DNA of 64,000 nucleotides from Bacteroidaceae bacterium. Its GTDB lineage: Bacteria > Bacteroidota > Bacteroidia > Bacteroidales > Bacteroidaceae. The position numbers and the translations under genes were made by a program. Shown piece after piece: positions 28,380 to 37,293 of the stretch (position 1 is the first letter of the stretch; every line of letters starts with the position of its first letter). The notes under the pieces are model-generated. The model saw only the letters and a list, made by a program, of their open reading frames with translations, was not told where the DNA came from and ran no database searches. The stretch spans positions 235 to 64,234 of the forward strand of contig JAZQZM010000015.1 of the NCBI GenBank assembly GCA_045634085.1, read 5' to 3'.

Positions 28380-30221
28380 ATGAAAGAATTTTTCAAGGTT
28401 CTCAGGAGGTTTGTTCCCCCATACAAGAAATATCTTGTCCTTTCGCTGGTTTTCACTTTGCTGTCGGCAATACTGAACGTGTTCTCGTTCATGGTAATCA
28501 TACCGATATTGCAGATTCTGTTCAAGATAACCGACACCAGTGGTGTGCAGTTCATTCCTTGGGAGGAGATGAACTCGGGCAACCTGAAGGATGTTTTTAT
28601 GAACAACGCCACATTCTACATGAATGAGCTTACCGCTGCGCATGGTGCCTCCACAGTGTTGCTTATGTTGGGACTATTCCTGGTTCTCATGACTCTGTTG
28701 AAGACAGCAAGTTACTTCGGTTCTTCGGCAGCGATAATTCCTTTGCGTACAGGTGTCGTGCGTGATATGCGTACAATGGTGTATGACAAGGTTGTTAGTT
28801 TGCCTATCGGTTTCTTCTCAAAGGAACGCAAAGGCGACATCATTGCAAGAATGACCGGCGATGTTACCGAGGTGGAGAACTCTATTGTCACCTCACTCGA
28901 CATGCTCATAAAGAACCCCATATTCATTGTCATCTATTTTGGCACACTCATATACATCAGCTGGGAACTGACCCTGTTTACAATATGTGTAATTCCTGTG
29001 TTGGGTTGGGTAATGGGGTCCATCGGGCGCAAACTAAAGGCGAAGTCTCTTGTTGCCCAGCAGAAACTGGGTGAGACCACATCACAGATGGAGGAGACTC
29101 TCGGAGGTCTCAGAATCATAAAGGCTTTCATTGCCGAGAAGAAGATGTCTGCCCGTTTTGCAAAGTGCAGCAATGAACTGCGTTCGGCAACCATGAAGGT
29201 TACAATGCGTCAGGTTTTGGCGCATCCCGTGAGTGAATTCCTGGGAACTTGTATCATTGTAATAGTCCTGTGGTTCGGCGGTATGCTGATTCTTGGTGAC
29301 AGTTCTCCAATCTCTGCTGCCGAGTTCATCTACTACCTGACAATCCTTTACAGTATAATCAATCCTCTCAAGGATTTCTCAAAGGCGTCATATAATATAC
29401 CTCGCGGTCTTGCCTCAATGGAACGTATTGATGCCATACTGAATGCCGAGAACCCTATTTCGGATGGTGGCAAGGGTGTTGAAATCCCTGAGATGAAGGA
29501 GGGAATCGAGTACAGAAACATCACATTCTCATACGATGGCGAACGCGATGTGCTCAAGAACATCAGCCTCAAGATAGAGAAGGGAAAGACTATTGCACTT
29601 GTGGGCCAGTCGGGTAGCGGCAAGTCTACAATGGTAGACCTTATCCCACGTTACTACGATGTCGAGAGTGGCGAGATAACCATTGACGGCGTGAATATCA
29701 AGGATATGAAGGTGAAGTCCTTGCGCGGTCTCATCGGCAATGTGAACCAGGAGGCAATTCTCTTTAACGACACATTCTACAACAACATAACCTTCGGTGT
29801 GGAGAATGCTACCATGGAACAGGTTATCGAAGCTGCCAAAATCGCCAATGCGCACGATTTCATCATGGAGACAGAGCATGGCTACGATACCAATGTGGGC
29901 GACCGTGGTTGTCTGCTCTCGGGCGGTCAGCGCCAGAGAATAAGTATCGCACGTGCAATTCTCAAGAATCCGCCGATACTTATCCTTGATGAGGCGACAT
30001 CGGCTCTTGACACCGAGAGTGAACGTCTTGTTCAGGAGGCTCTTGAACGTCTCATGAAGACCCGTACAACCATTGCCATTGCGCACCGTCTCTCTACAAT
30101 CAAGAATGCCGACGAGATATGTGTGATGCGTGACGGAGAGATTGTGGAACGTGGCAAGCACGAGGAGCTTCTGAAACTTGATGGCTTGTACAAGCGTCTC
30201 AACGACATGCAGTCGCTATGA
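28380..30221 (+). CDS. ABC exporter, fused permease/ATPase (MsbA-like)
   Basis: It has six N-terminal TM segments, Walker A (GQSGSGKST), the ABC signature (LSGGQRQR) and Walker B (ILILDEATSALD). Confidence 0.9.
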   Translation: MKEFFKVLRRFVPPYKKYLVLSLVFTLLSAILNVFSFMVIIPILQILFKITDTSGVQFIPWEEMNSGNLKDVFMNNATFYMNELTAAHGASTVLLMLGLFLVLMTLLKTASYFGSSAAIIPLRTGVVRDMRTMVYDKVVSLPIGFFSKERKGDIIARMTGDVTEVENSIVTSLDMLIKNPIFIVIYFGTLIYISWELTLFTICVIPVLGWVMGSIGRKLKAKSLVAQQKLGETTSQMEETLGGLRIIKAFIAEKKMSARFAKCSNELRSATMKVTMRQVLAHPVSEFLGTCIIVIVLWFGGMLILGDSSPISAAEFIYYLTILYSIINPLKDFSKASYNIPRGLASMERIDAILNAENPISDGGKGVEIPEMKEGIEYRNITFSYDGERDVLKNISLKIEKGKTIALVGQSGSGKSTMVDLIPRYYDVESGEITIDGVNIKDMKVKSLRGLIGNVNQEAILFNDTFYNNITFGVENATMEQVIEAAKIANAHDFIMETEHGYDTNVGDRGCLLSGGQRQRISIARAILKNPPILILDEATSALDTESERLVQEALERLMKTRTTIAIAHRLSTIKNADEICVMRDGEIVERGKHEELLKLDGLYKRLNDMQSL

Positions 30222-30775
30222 TGCCGGCAAGGAACATTGCGGTCTTCTGTGCCGCGTCAGAGGAGATAGACTCCCTTTATGTACTCAGTGCAACCGCGGT
30301 GGGTAATATGCTGGGACGAATTGGTGCTACACTTGTCTATGGTGGTGCCCGCTTCGGTCTCATGGAGGCGACGGCCAAGGCGGCAAAGGCTTCAGGGGCC
30401 AAGGTCGTGGGTGTCGTGCCCATGATACTTGAGGAACGCGGCAGGGTGAGCTCACTCATTGATGAAAAGGTTAATTGCCGTAATCTGAGTGACCGCAAGG
30501 ATATCATGCTTCAGCGCAGTGATATACTTGTAGCATTGCCTGGCGGGATAGGTACGCTTGACGAGATTTTTCATGTGATGGCAGCTGCAACCATCGGCTA
30601 CCACAGCAAGAAAGTGGTGCTTTATAACGTGAACGGTTTCTGGGATTCGCTTGTCGCACTGCTCAAGGCATCGAAGGAGAGTGGTTTCCTGCGTGGCGAC
30701 ATCGATCGTTACATGGCTGTGGCAGACAATCTGGAGGAACTTGAAAGAATTATAATGGATGCAACTGCTGTCTGA
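30218..30775 (+). CDS. LOG-family (TIGR00730) Rossmann-fold nucleotide phosphoribohydrolase
   Basis: It has VYGGARFGLME and the PGGIGTLDE motif. Confidence 0.85.
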   Translation: MMPARNIAVFCAASEEIDSLYVLSATAVGNMLGRIGATLVYGGARFGLMEATAKAAKASGAKVVGVVPMILEERGRVSSLIDEKVNCRNLSDRKDIMLQRSDILVALPGGIGTLDEIFHVMAAATIGYHSKKVVLYNVNGFWDSLVALLKASKESGFLRGDIDRYMAVADNLEELERIIMDATAV

Positions 30776-30880
30776 TTCTGTCGGCACAACAGTTACTCAG
30801 TCGCATTGTGCTGTGAGACAATATGATGCATAAGCGGCGATGTTTTTATAGTCAAAAAGATAAAGATTTTACAGAATAGT

Positions 30881-31807
30881 ATGGCAAAGGTAATTGGTAT
30901 CGGTGAAACGATACTTGACATTCTCTTCAAGAACGGGCAGCCTGTGAAGGCGGTTCCGGGCGGTTCAGTGTATAACAGCATGATTTCCCTTGGACGTATG
31001 GGTGTCAATGCCTCGTTCATCAGTGAGGTGGGTGACGACAAGGTGGGTGGCATGATTATCGAGCACTTGCGCGACAGCGGAGTCGACTCTTCATGCGTAT
31101 GCAGTTTCTCAGGCGGCAAGTCGCCTCTGTCACTGGCGTTCCTTGATGAGAACAATGATGCCGATTATCTCTTCTATAAGGATTACCCCAACAACCGCCT
31201 CGAGGTCGAGTTTCCCGAGATAAATCCTGGTGACATTGTCATATACGGTTCCTATTTCGTCCTCAATCCCGTGCTCCGTACAAAGACGAAGGCTTTCCTT
31301 GAGTATGCCCACCAGCAGGGTGCATTGCTCTACTATGATATAAATTTCCGCAAGACACATGTCCAGGAGAGGATAAAGCTCTCCGAGGCTCTCATTGAGA
31401 ACCTTGAATTTGCCGATGTGGTGCGTGGCTCGGCCGATGACTTCAGATATCTCTACGACATGACCGATGCCGAGAAGATATACAAGGAGAAGATAATGTT
31501 CTATTGCCGCAACTTCATTTTTACAAGCGGTGCCGGCGAGGTGCGCCTTTTCAAAGGCCGGGAGAGTGAACGTTATGCTGCAAAGAAGGTCGATGTTGTT
31601 AGTACGGTAGGTGCCGGCGATAATTTCAATGCCGGTATCGTATATGGCCTTGTAAAGTCGGGCATTGACCGTGATTCACTCACCGGTCTCACAATGGAGC
31701 AGTGGAACGGCATCATGGGCTGCGGTCTCGATTTCAGTGCGCATGCCTGCACACTTATTGAAAACTATGTGGACAAACAGTGGGCCAAGGAATATATAAA
31801 GGGATGA
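30881..31807 (+). CDS. PfkB-family carbohydrate kinase (fructokinase-like)
   Basis: It has an N-terminal GE.L.D block and a C-terminal VVSTVGAGDNFNAG motif. Confidence 0.85.
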   Translation: MAKVIGIGETILDILFKNGQPVKAVPGGSVYNSMISLGRMGVNASFISEVGDDKVGGMIIEHLRDSGVDSSCVCSFSGGKSPLSLAFLDENNDADYLFYKDYPNNRLEVEFPEINPGDIVIYGSYFVLNPVLRTKTKAFLEYAHQQGALLYYDINFRKTHVQERIKLSEALIENLEFADVVRGSADDFRYLYDMTDAEKIYKEKIMFYCRNFIFTSGAGEVRLFKGRESERYAAKKVDVVSTVGAGDNFNAGIVYGLVKSGIDRDSLTGLTMEQWNGIMGCGLDFSAHACTLIENYVDKQWAKEYIKG

Positions 31808-31850
31808 TGCTTTGTGCTGTTCCCTATTGGATTTTTTAAAATACTACACT

Positions 31851-33455
31851 ATGAAAAAGATACTTTTTGTTCTGACAACGATGGCTCTTTTGTGCGGATG
31901 CGCGGGCCACACTCACGAAAATGCCGATAGCCATGACGGGCATGTACACATGCACTCATTCACGGCATACACACATGAAGCGGAGCTCTTCCTGCAACAT
32001 GAAGGGCTTGAGGTAGGCAAGAAGGCGTGCATCACGCTTTATGTTACGACTCTGTCCGATTTCAAGCCTTCACAGGCTGATGAGGCGAACCTGCTGCTCA
32101 GGGTTGGAGGCAAGAGTCATACGGCGACAGCAAATGCGCACGGTGCCGGAATGTTCCATTTTGAACTGGTTCCCGAAACAGCCGGTGCCGGAACATTGTA
32201 CATAACCATAGGCGAGGAGACTGCACACTTTGATGTGACAGTGACTGAGTGCTGCGAATCACATGACCACGGCGATGCACACAGTCATGGACATAACCAT
32301 GATGCACATTCGCACGACGGGCATAATCATGCAGGCCATAATCACGAGGGGCATGACAATTCAGGACATTCTCATGGACACAGCCATGCTCCACACCCGG
32401 GCCATGGCGCCGAGACTCCTGCAAAGGAAGGTGATGTCTCTTTTGCCAAGGAGCAGAGCTGGAAAATAGATTTTGCAACAGCCGAGGCCAAGGAGTCGTA
32501 CTTCGGTGGTGCGGTAAAGGTTGCGGCAAAGGTAGTTGCTGCTCCGTCCGACTTTACTACCATTGTTGCTGCTGCAAGCGGCAAGGTGCAGTTTGCCGGC
32601 AATGTTGTCGAGGGCAAGGGTGTTACTGCCGGCGAGGCGCTTTTCTATCTAGAGGGCGGTGATGTGACCGACAACGACGCAGCTGTGAAATTTGCCGAGG
32701 CCGAGAGCAATTACCTTCTTGCAAAGGCCGATTATGAACGAAAAAAACTCCTTTTTGGCGACAAGGTAGTGTCGGAACGTGAATATCAGGCAGCCGAGGC
32801 TGCCTACGTGCAGGCTGGGGCGCGTTTCACGAGCATGAAACGCAGTTTCGGCAGCGGCAAGGTCACACTCAAGGCGCCAAAGAACGGTTACATAGCATCC
32901 TTGCTTGTCTCAAACGGTGACTATGTGGAGCCAGGTACCCCTATTGCTACAGTGCAGTCCAATGGCAGCATGAACATCGCTGCCGAGTTGCCGGTACGTT
33001 TTGCACAGCAGTTGAAGAATATCGAGGATGTGAATATTGTGCTAGCATCGGGCGAGGCCTTTTCAATGAATGCCATCGGCGGAAAGGTGCTGGCCGTTGG
33101 CAGTTCTGCCAACAGTTGCAACATGTTGCCCTTGACAATCTCTGCCGGTGCATTCGACGGAGCTATCCCCGGAAGCATCGTTACGTTGTATATAATCTCG
33201 AAGAGCAACGGACATGCCATCGCTTTGCCACGTACGGCTCTTGTAGAGGAGATGGGCAACTTCTTTGTCTTTGTACAGAATAATCCGGCCTCTTTTGAGA
33301 AACGTGCTGTTGAGGTCGGTGCTACCGACGGTATCAGGGTAGAAATTACAAAGGGTATGCACGCCGGGGAACGTGTTGTCACAAAAGGTGCTGTTGCACT
33401 CAAGTTGTCACAGGGTGCCGCGGCACTTGACCCCCATGCAGGTCATGTACATTAA
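31851..33455 (+). CDS. RND efflux periplasmic adaptor (HlyD/MFP) lipoprotein with a His-rich metal-binding insert
   Basis: It has a lipoprotein signal (MALLCGCAG). The His-rich run is SHDHGDAHSHGHNHDAHSHDGHNHAGHNHEGHDNSGHSHGHSHAPHPGHG. The C-terminal part has barrel-sandwich/beta-barrel adaptor features. The start was trimmed from 31812. Confidence 0.8.
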   Translation: MKKILFVLTTMALLCGCAGHTHENADSHDGHVHMHSFTAYTHEAELFLQHEGLEVGKKACITLYVTTLSDFKPSQADEANLLLRVGGKSHTATANAHGAGMFHFELVPETAGAGTLYITIGEETAHFDVTVTECCESHDHGDAHSHGHNHDAHSHDGHNHAGHNHEGHDNSGHSHGHSHAPHPGHGAETPAKEGDVSFAKEQSWKIDFATAEAKESYFGGAVKVAAKVVAAPSDFTTIVAAASGKVQFAGNVVEGKGVTAGEALFYLEGGDVTDNDAAVKFAEAESNYLLAKADYERKKLLFGDKVVSEREYQAAEAAYVQAGARFTSMKRSFGSGKVTLKAPKNGYIASLLVSNGDYVEPGTPIATVQSNGSMNIAAELPVRFAQQLKNIEDVNIVLASGEAFSMNAIGGKVLAVGSSANSCNMLPLTISAGAFDGAIPGSIVTLYIISKSNGHAIALPRTALVEEMGNFFVFVQNNPASFEKRAVEVGATDGIRVEITKGMHAGERVVTKGAVALKLSQGAAALDPHAGHVH

Positions 33456-33468
33456 TTGAGGTGTAGCT

Positions 33469-36400
33469 ATGCTTAACAGGATAATAAAATTCTCTTTGAA
33501 CAACAGGCTGTTCGTGCTGCTTGCCGTGGTGCTGACAGTCATTGGCGGTATATACTCTACAAAGAACATTGAGGTCGATGTCTTCCCTGACCTCACGATG
33601 CCGACGGTTGTTATTCTTACTGATGCTTCTAACATGGCGCCCGAGGAGGTGGAACGCCTTGTCACCTTCCCCATCGAAACTGCCGTGAATGGTGCTACCA
33701 ATGTGCGCCGTGTTCGTTCTTCCTCGTCGCAGGGATTCTCATTCGTTTGGGTGGAGTTCGACTGGGGAATGGACATATACCGTGCCCGCCAGATAATAAG
33801 CGAGAAGATGAGCCTGCTCTCGGGTCAGTTGTCCGATGGTGTGGTGCCTATGCTTGCCCCGCAGTCAAGCGTTATGGGTGAGGTGCTCTTCATTGGTATG
33901 GATGCTGATTCTACTTCAATGATGGAGTTGCGTACTCTTGCCGAATGGATAATCAAACCGGCAATTCTTGCTACGGGCGGTGTGTCCAATGTAACGATAA
34001 TAGGAGGAGACTACAAACAGTATCAGGTGTTAGCTGACCCAGTGAAGATGGAGATGTATGGCGTGTCAATGGGCGAACTGGAGGCTGCTGCCGGCTCAAT
34101 GTGTGTCAACGTGGGCGCAGGCGTACTCCGCGACTATGGCAACGAGTACAATCTTAGAGGTATGGGACGCAGTAATGATGTCGATGAACTCGGTAGCACT
34201 GTTGTAAAAATGTCGGGCGACACGCCTGTACGCGTTGCCGATGTTGCCGATGTTGTGATAGCTCCGGCGGTCAAGCAGGGCTATGCGGCATTGAACGGTT
34301 CTCCGGCGATAATCCTCTCGATATCTAAGCAACCGGGAGTCAATACCCTTGATGTCACCGGTAATATCGAACGCAACCTTGAGGATATTGCCAAGTCATT
34401 GCCGGCCGATGTGAGGCTACATACCGAAATCTTCCGTCAGGCCGATTATATTCAATCGTCAGTGAACAACGTGGGCCGTTCTTTGATTGAGGGAGCAATA
34501 TGTGTCATACTTGTTCTTTTCCTCTTCCTGGCAAATCTGCGTTCTACATTCATTTCTCTGCTTGCAATCCCGTTGTCATTGCTCGGTACAGTCATCGTGC
34601 TCTACCTGTTGGGTATGGACATAAACACTATGACCCTTGGCGGTATGTGCATTGCTATTGGTTCGCTTGTGGATGATGCCATAATAGATGTCGAGAATGT
34701 GTACAAGCGTCTCAGGGAGAACCACGCACTCCCTAAGGAGCAGCGTTGTTCGTCCTTTACGGTAGTCTTTGAGGCATCTTCGGAGATACGTGCTTCGATA
34801 ATCCATGCAACTCTCATAATTATGGTTACCTTCATGCCTCTATTTTTCCTTAGCGGTCTTGAAGGCAGAATGCTGAAACCGCTTGGTATTGCCTATCTCA
34901 TAGCGCTTGTCATGTCGCTTGTGGTAGCCATGACTGTGACCCCGTTGCTCTGCAAACTGATGCTCTCGGGCAACAGATATCTTACCAAGACCGAGAAGAA
35001 GACCTGGGTCGAGAAATGGCTTCTCGGTGCATACCGTTCTTCGCTTGAATGGGTGCTCGGGCATTCAAAGCCGGTAGTGTGCGCATTGCTGCTGCTGTTT
35101 ACTGCCTGTCTGTTCCTCTTTACCCGCATGGGACGCAGCTTCTTGCCTGAGTTCAACGAGAATGCTCTTACCATAGCTGCAGTATCACGCCCCGGTGTAT
35201 CCCTTGAGGAGAGCAACAGGATTGGTGCTGCCATAGAGAAGGAACTGCTTCAGGTTCCCGAGGTCACAAGTACTGCGCGCCGTACAGGCCGCGGTGAGCT
35301 CGACGAGCACTCGCAGACATCCAACGGAGCCGAAATTGACGTGAACTTTGTGCTTGGTGAACGCAGCAAGCAGGAGTTCCTTGCCGAGGTGCGTGAACGC
35401 ATGTCAAAGATTCCCGGTGTGGTGACATCGGTCGGTCAGCCTCTTGAGCACCGTATCGACCACATGGTGTCGGGTACACAGGCCGACCTTGCAATCAAGA
35501 TATTCGGTCCCGACCTCAGCACTCTCTTCCGTAAGGGAACCGAGATAAAGTCATTGCTGGCCGCATTCCCCGAGGTGGTGGATGTTAACGTAGAGCAGCA
35601 GGTCGAGACTCCCCAGCTGCAGATACGTGCCGATCGTGAGAAACTTGCCTACCACGGCATTACAATGGAGGAGTTCAACGGTTTCATTGAGGCTGCATTC
35701 CCTGGCAAGAAGGTGGGCAGCGTCTATGAGGAGGAACGTAGCTTTGACCTTATAATACGTCTTAACAAGGATTATACCGAGAGCATCGAGGGCGTGAAAC
35801 GTGCCCTTATAGACACTCCCAACGGCAAGGTAGTGCTTGACGATGTGGCATCTATCGTGTCGGTAGGCGGCCCTGGAAGCATAAGCCGCGAGAACGTACA
35901 GCGCAAGGTCGTGGTATCGGCCAACATAGCAAGTGGCGACGTTGCAGGAACCGTGGACCGCGTGCGCGATTATCTTGCAGGGAATCTTCAGCTTGATGAG
36001 GGCTACCGTCTTGAGTATGGCGGTCAGTTCGAGAGTGCCGATTCGGCATCGCGTACATTGTGGCTTGCCACAATGGTCGCAATCCTTGTAGTCTTTGTGC
36101 TGCTCTATAGTGAGTTCAAGAGCACTACACTCTCGGTTGTGGTTCTGTTGAACCTGCCGCTTGCACTCATCGGCGGTATCCTGGCTACATACTTTACATC
36201 GGCAGTCATGAGTATCCCGGCCATCATCGGTCTCATAACATTGTTCGGTATTGCAACCCGTAACGGAATCCTGCTGGTGTCGCGCTATCAGCATCTGCGC
36301 AGTGAGGGAGTGTCGCTTGATGAGGCCGTCCTGCACGGTTCGGCCGACCGCCTGACACCAATCCTCATGACCGCATTCACATCAGCCCTGGCGCTTGTAC

Positions 36401-36552
36401 CGATGATTCTCAACGGTTCAGCCTCGGGTAACGAGATACAGAGCCCAATGGCAGTGGTCGTGCTCGGCGGCCTGCTGTCATCGACACTACTTAACATCTT
36501 TATAATACCAGTTGTGTACCGTTGGGCTGTAAAAAAAGGCTGGGCATTATAA
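33469..36552 (+). CDS. RND inner-membrane pump, heavy-metal efflux (CusA/CzcA) type
   Basis: This 1027-aa protein has 12-TM RND architecture and a conserved GSLVDDAIIDVEN block typical of the HME-RND subfamily. Confidence 0.88.
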   Translation: MLNRIIKFSLNNRLFVLLAVVLTVIGGIYSTKNIEVDVFPDLTMPTVVILTDASNMAPEEVERLVTFPIETAVNGATNVRRVRSSSSQGFSFVWVEFDWGMDIYRARQIISEKMSLLSGQLSDGVVPMLAPQSSVMGEVLFIGMDADSTSMMELRTLAEWIIKPAILATGGVSNVTIIGGDYKQYQVLADPVKMEMYGVSMGELEAAAGSMCVNVGAGVLRDYGNEYNLRGMGRSNDVDELGSTVVKMSGDTPVRVADVADVVIAPAVKQGYAALNGSPAIILSISKQPGVNTLDVTGNIERNLEDIAKSLPADVRLHTEIFRQADYIQSSVNNVGRSLIEGAICVILVLFLFLANLRSTFISLLAIPLSLLGTVIVLYLLGMDINTMTLGGMCIAIGSLVDDAIIDVENVYKRLRENHALPKEQRCSSFTVVFEASSEIRASIIHATLIIMVTFMPLFFLSGLEGRMLKPLGIAYLIALVMSLVVAMTVTPLLCKLMLSGNRYLTKTEKKTWVEKWLLGAYRSSLEWVLGHSKPVVCALLLLFTACLFLFTRMGRSFLPEFNENALTIAAVSRPGVSLEESNRIGAAIEKELLQVPEVTSTARRTGRGELDEHSQTSNGAEIDVNFVLGERSKQEFLAEVRERMSKIPGVVTSVGQPLEHRIDHMVSGTQADLAIKIFGPDLSTLFRKGTEIKSLLAAFPEVVDVNVEQQVETPQLQIRADREKLAYHGITMEEFNGFIEAAFPGKKVGSVYEEERSFDLIIRLNKDYTESIEGVKRALIDTPNGKVVLDDVASIVSVGGPGSISRENVQRKVVVSANIASGDVAGTVDRVRDYLAGNLQLDEGYRLEYGGQFESADSASRTLWLATMVAILVVFVLLYSEFKSTTLSVVVLLNLPLALIGGILATYFTSAVMSIPAIIGLITLFGIATRNGILLVSRYQHLRSEGVSLDEAVLHGSADRLTPILMTAFTSALALVPMILNGSASGNEIQSPMAVVVLGGLLSSTLLNIFIIPVVYRWAVKKGWAL

Positions 36553-36612
36553 GTAGTTCAAAAAAGAATAGTGGTGACATTCGGATCATAAATTCTGATA
36601 GCATATAAATTA

Positions 36613-36659
36613 GGATGTACCCCAAAGTTTGTCGACAAACTTTGGGGTACATCCTTTTT
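36613..36659 (+). terminator. Rho-independent terminator
   Basis: A perfect 42-nt palindrome GGATGTACCCCAAAGTTTGTCGACAAACTTTGGGGTACATCC is followed by TTTTT. Confidence 0.85.
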
Positions 36660-36793
36660 CTGTTGGCCTCTCTTTTTGCTCTCTTTTTTACATTGATACC
36701 TTATAAAATGCGGTTAATGGTACAAATTCCGCCGTCTGCTTTTTAGGGTTCCAATATTAACACTAGTTAACAAATATGCCTTGATTTATATCT

Positions 36794-36801
36794 TAAATTT
36801 G
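36794..36801 (+). promoter_or_regulatory. -7 promoter box (TAnnTTTG)
   Basis: TAAATTTG lies 22 nt upstream of the ATG at 36823. Confidence 0.45.
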
Positions 36802-36822
36802 TATAAAAATTCCTACAAGATT

Positions 36823-37293
36823 ATGAAAAAGCGCATTGTTTTCCTTTTGTTGCTTGCTGTTGCTGCTGGGATTGCCGCGGCTTCCGTTCCCGACAAAAAG
36901 ATTGTTGTCAGGAGCCGGCAAGGTTCTGCAGAGTATGCTGTTGCCGATATCATGAGCCTTAAATTCGGTAACGGCGATGTCTATATGAACATGAACGACG
37001 GTTCTGTCGTGAACTGGGCTGCTGGCGGTATAGATATGATGTCGTTCCTCTATTATGAGCCCTCTCCCGAGACCGGTATCGGGGAGAACTGCGTCCAGTC
37101 TTTTTCTATTTTGGGCGGTTCCATTGTCATAACAAGCAGTGCTCCGGTAAAGGTCACATTGACTACCATAGACGGACGTTCCCTGTTTGCCGGTTATTGT
37201 AACGGTGAACTGCGCCTGCCTGTGCAGGAGTATCCCGCAGGTGTGTATCTCTTGAGTATAAACGGAGCAATCCATAAGATAATGAACCGATGA
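36823..37293 (+). CDS. Small secreted protein with a T9SS type-A C-terminal sorting domain
   Basis: It has a signal peptide (MKKRIVFLLLLAVAAGIAAAS) and a C-terminal pattern VKVTLTTIDGRSLFAG...PAGVYLLSINGAIHKI typical of Por/T9SS CTDs. Confidence 0.65.
   Translation: MKKRIVFLLLLAVAAGIAAASVPDKKIVVRSRQGSAEYAVADIMSLKFGNGDVYMNMNDGSVVNWAAGGIDMMSFLYYEPSPETGIGENCVQSFSILGGSIVITSSAPVKVTLTTIDGRSLFAGYCNGELRLPVQEYPAGVYLLSINGAIHKIMNR

Noticed and set aside
32250-32410. An apparent tandem DNA repeat (CAT/CAC-GAC/GGC periodicity).
   Set aside because: It is in frame inside the adaptor gene and encodes the His-rich (H-x-H) tract. This is coding low complexity rather than a satellite or a slipped-strand phase-variation tract; the units are imperfect.
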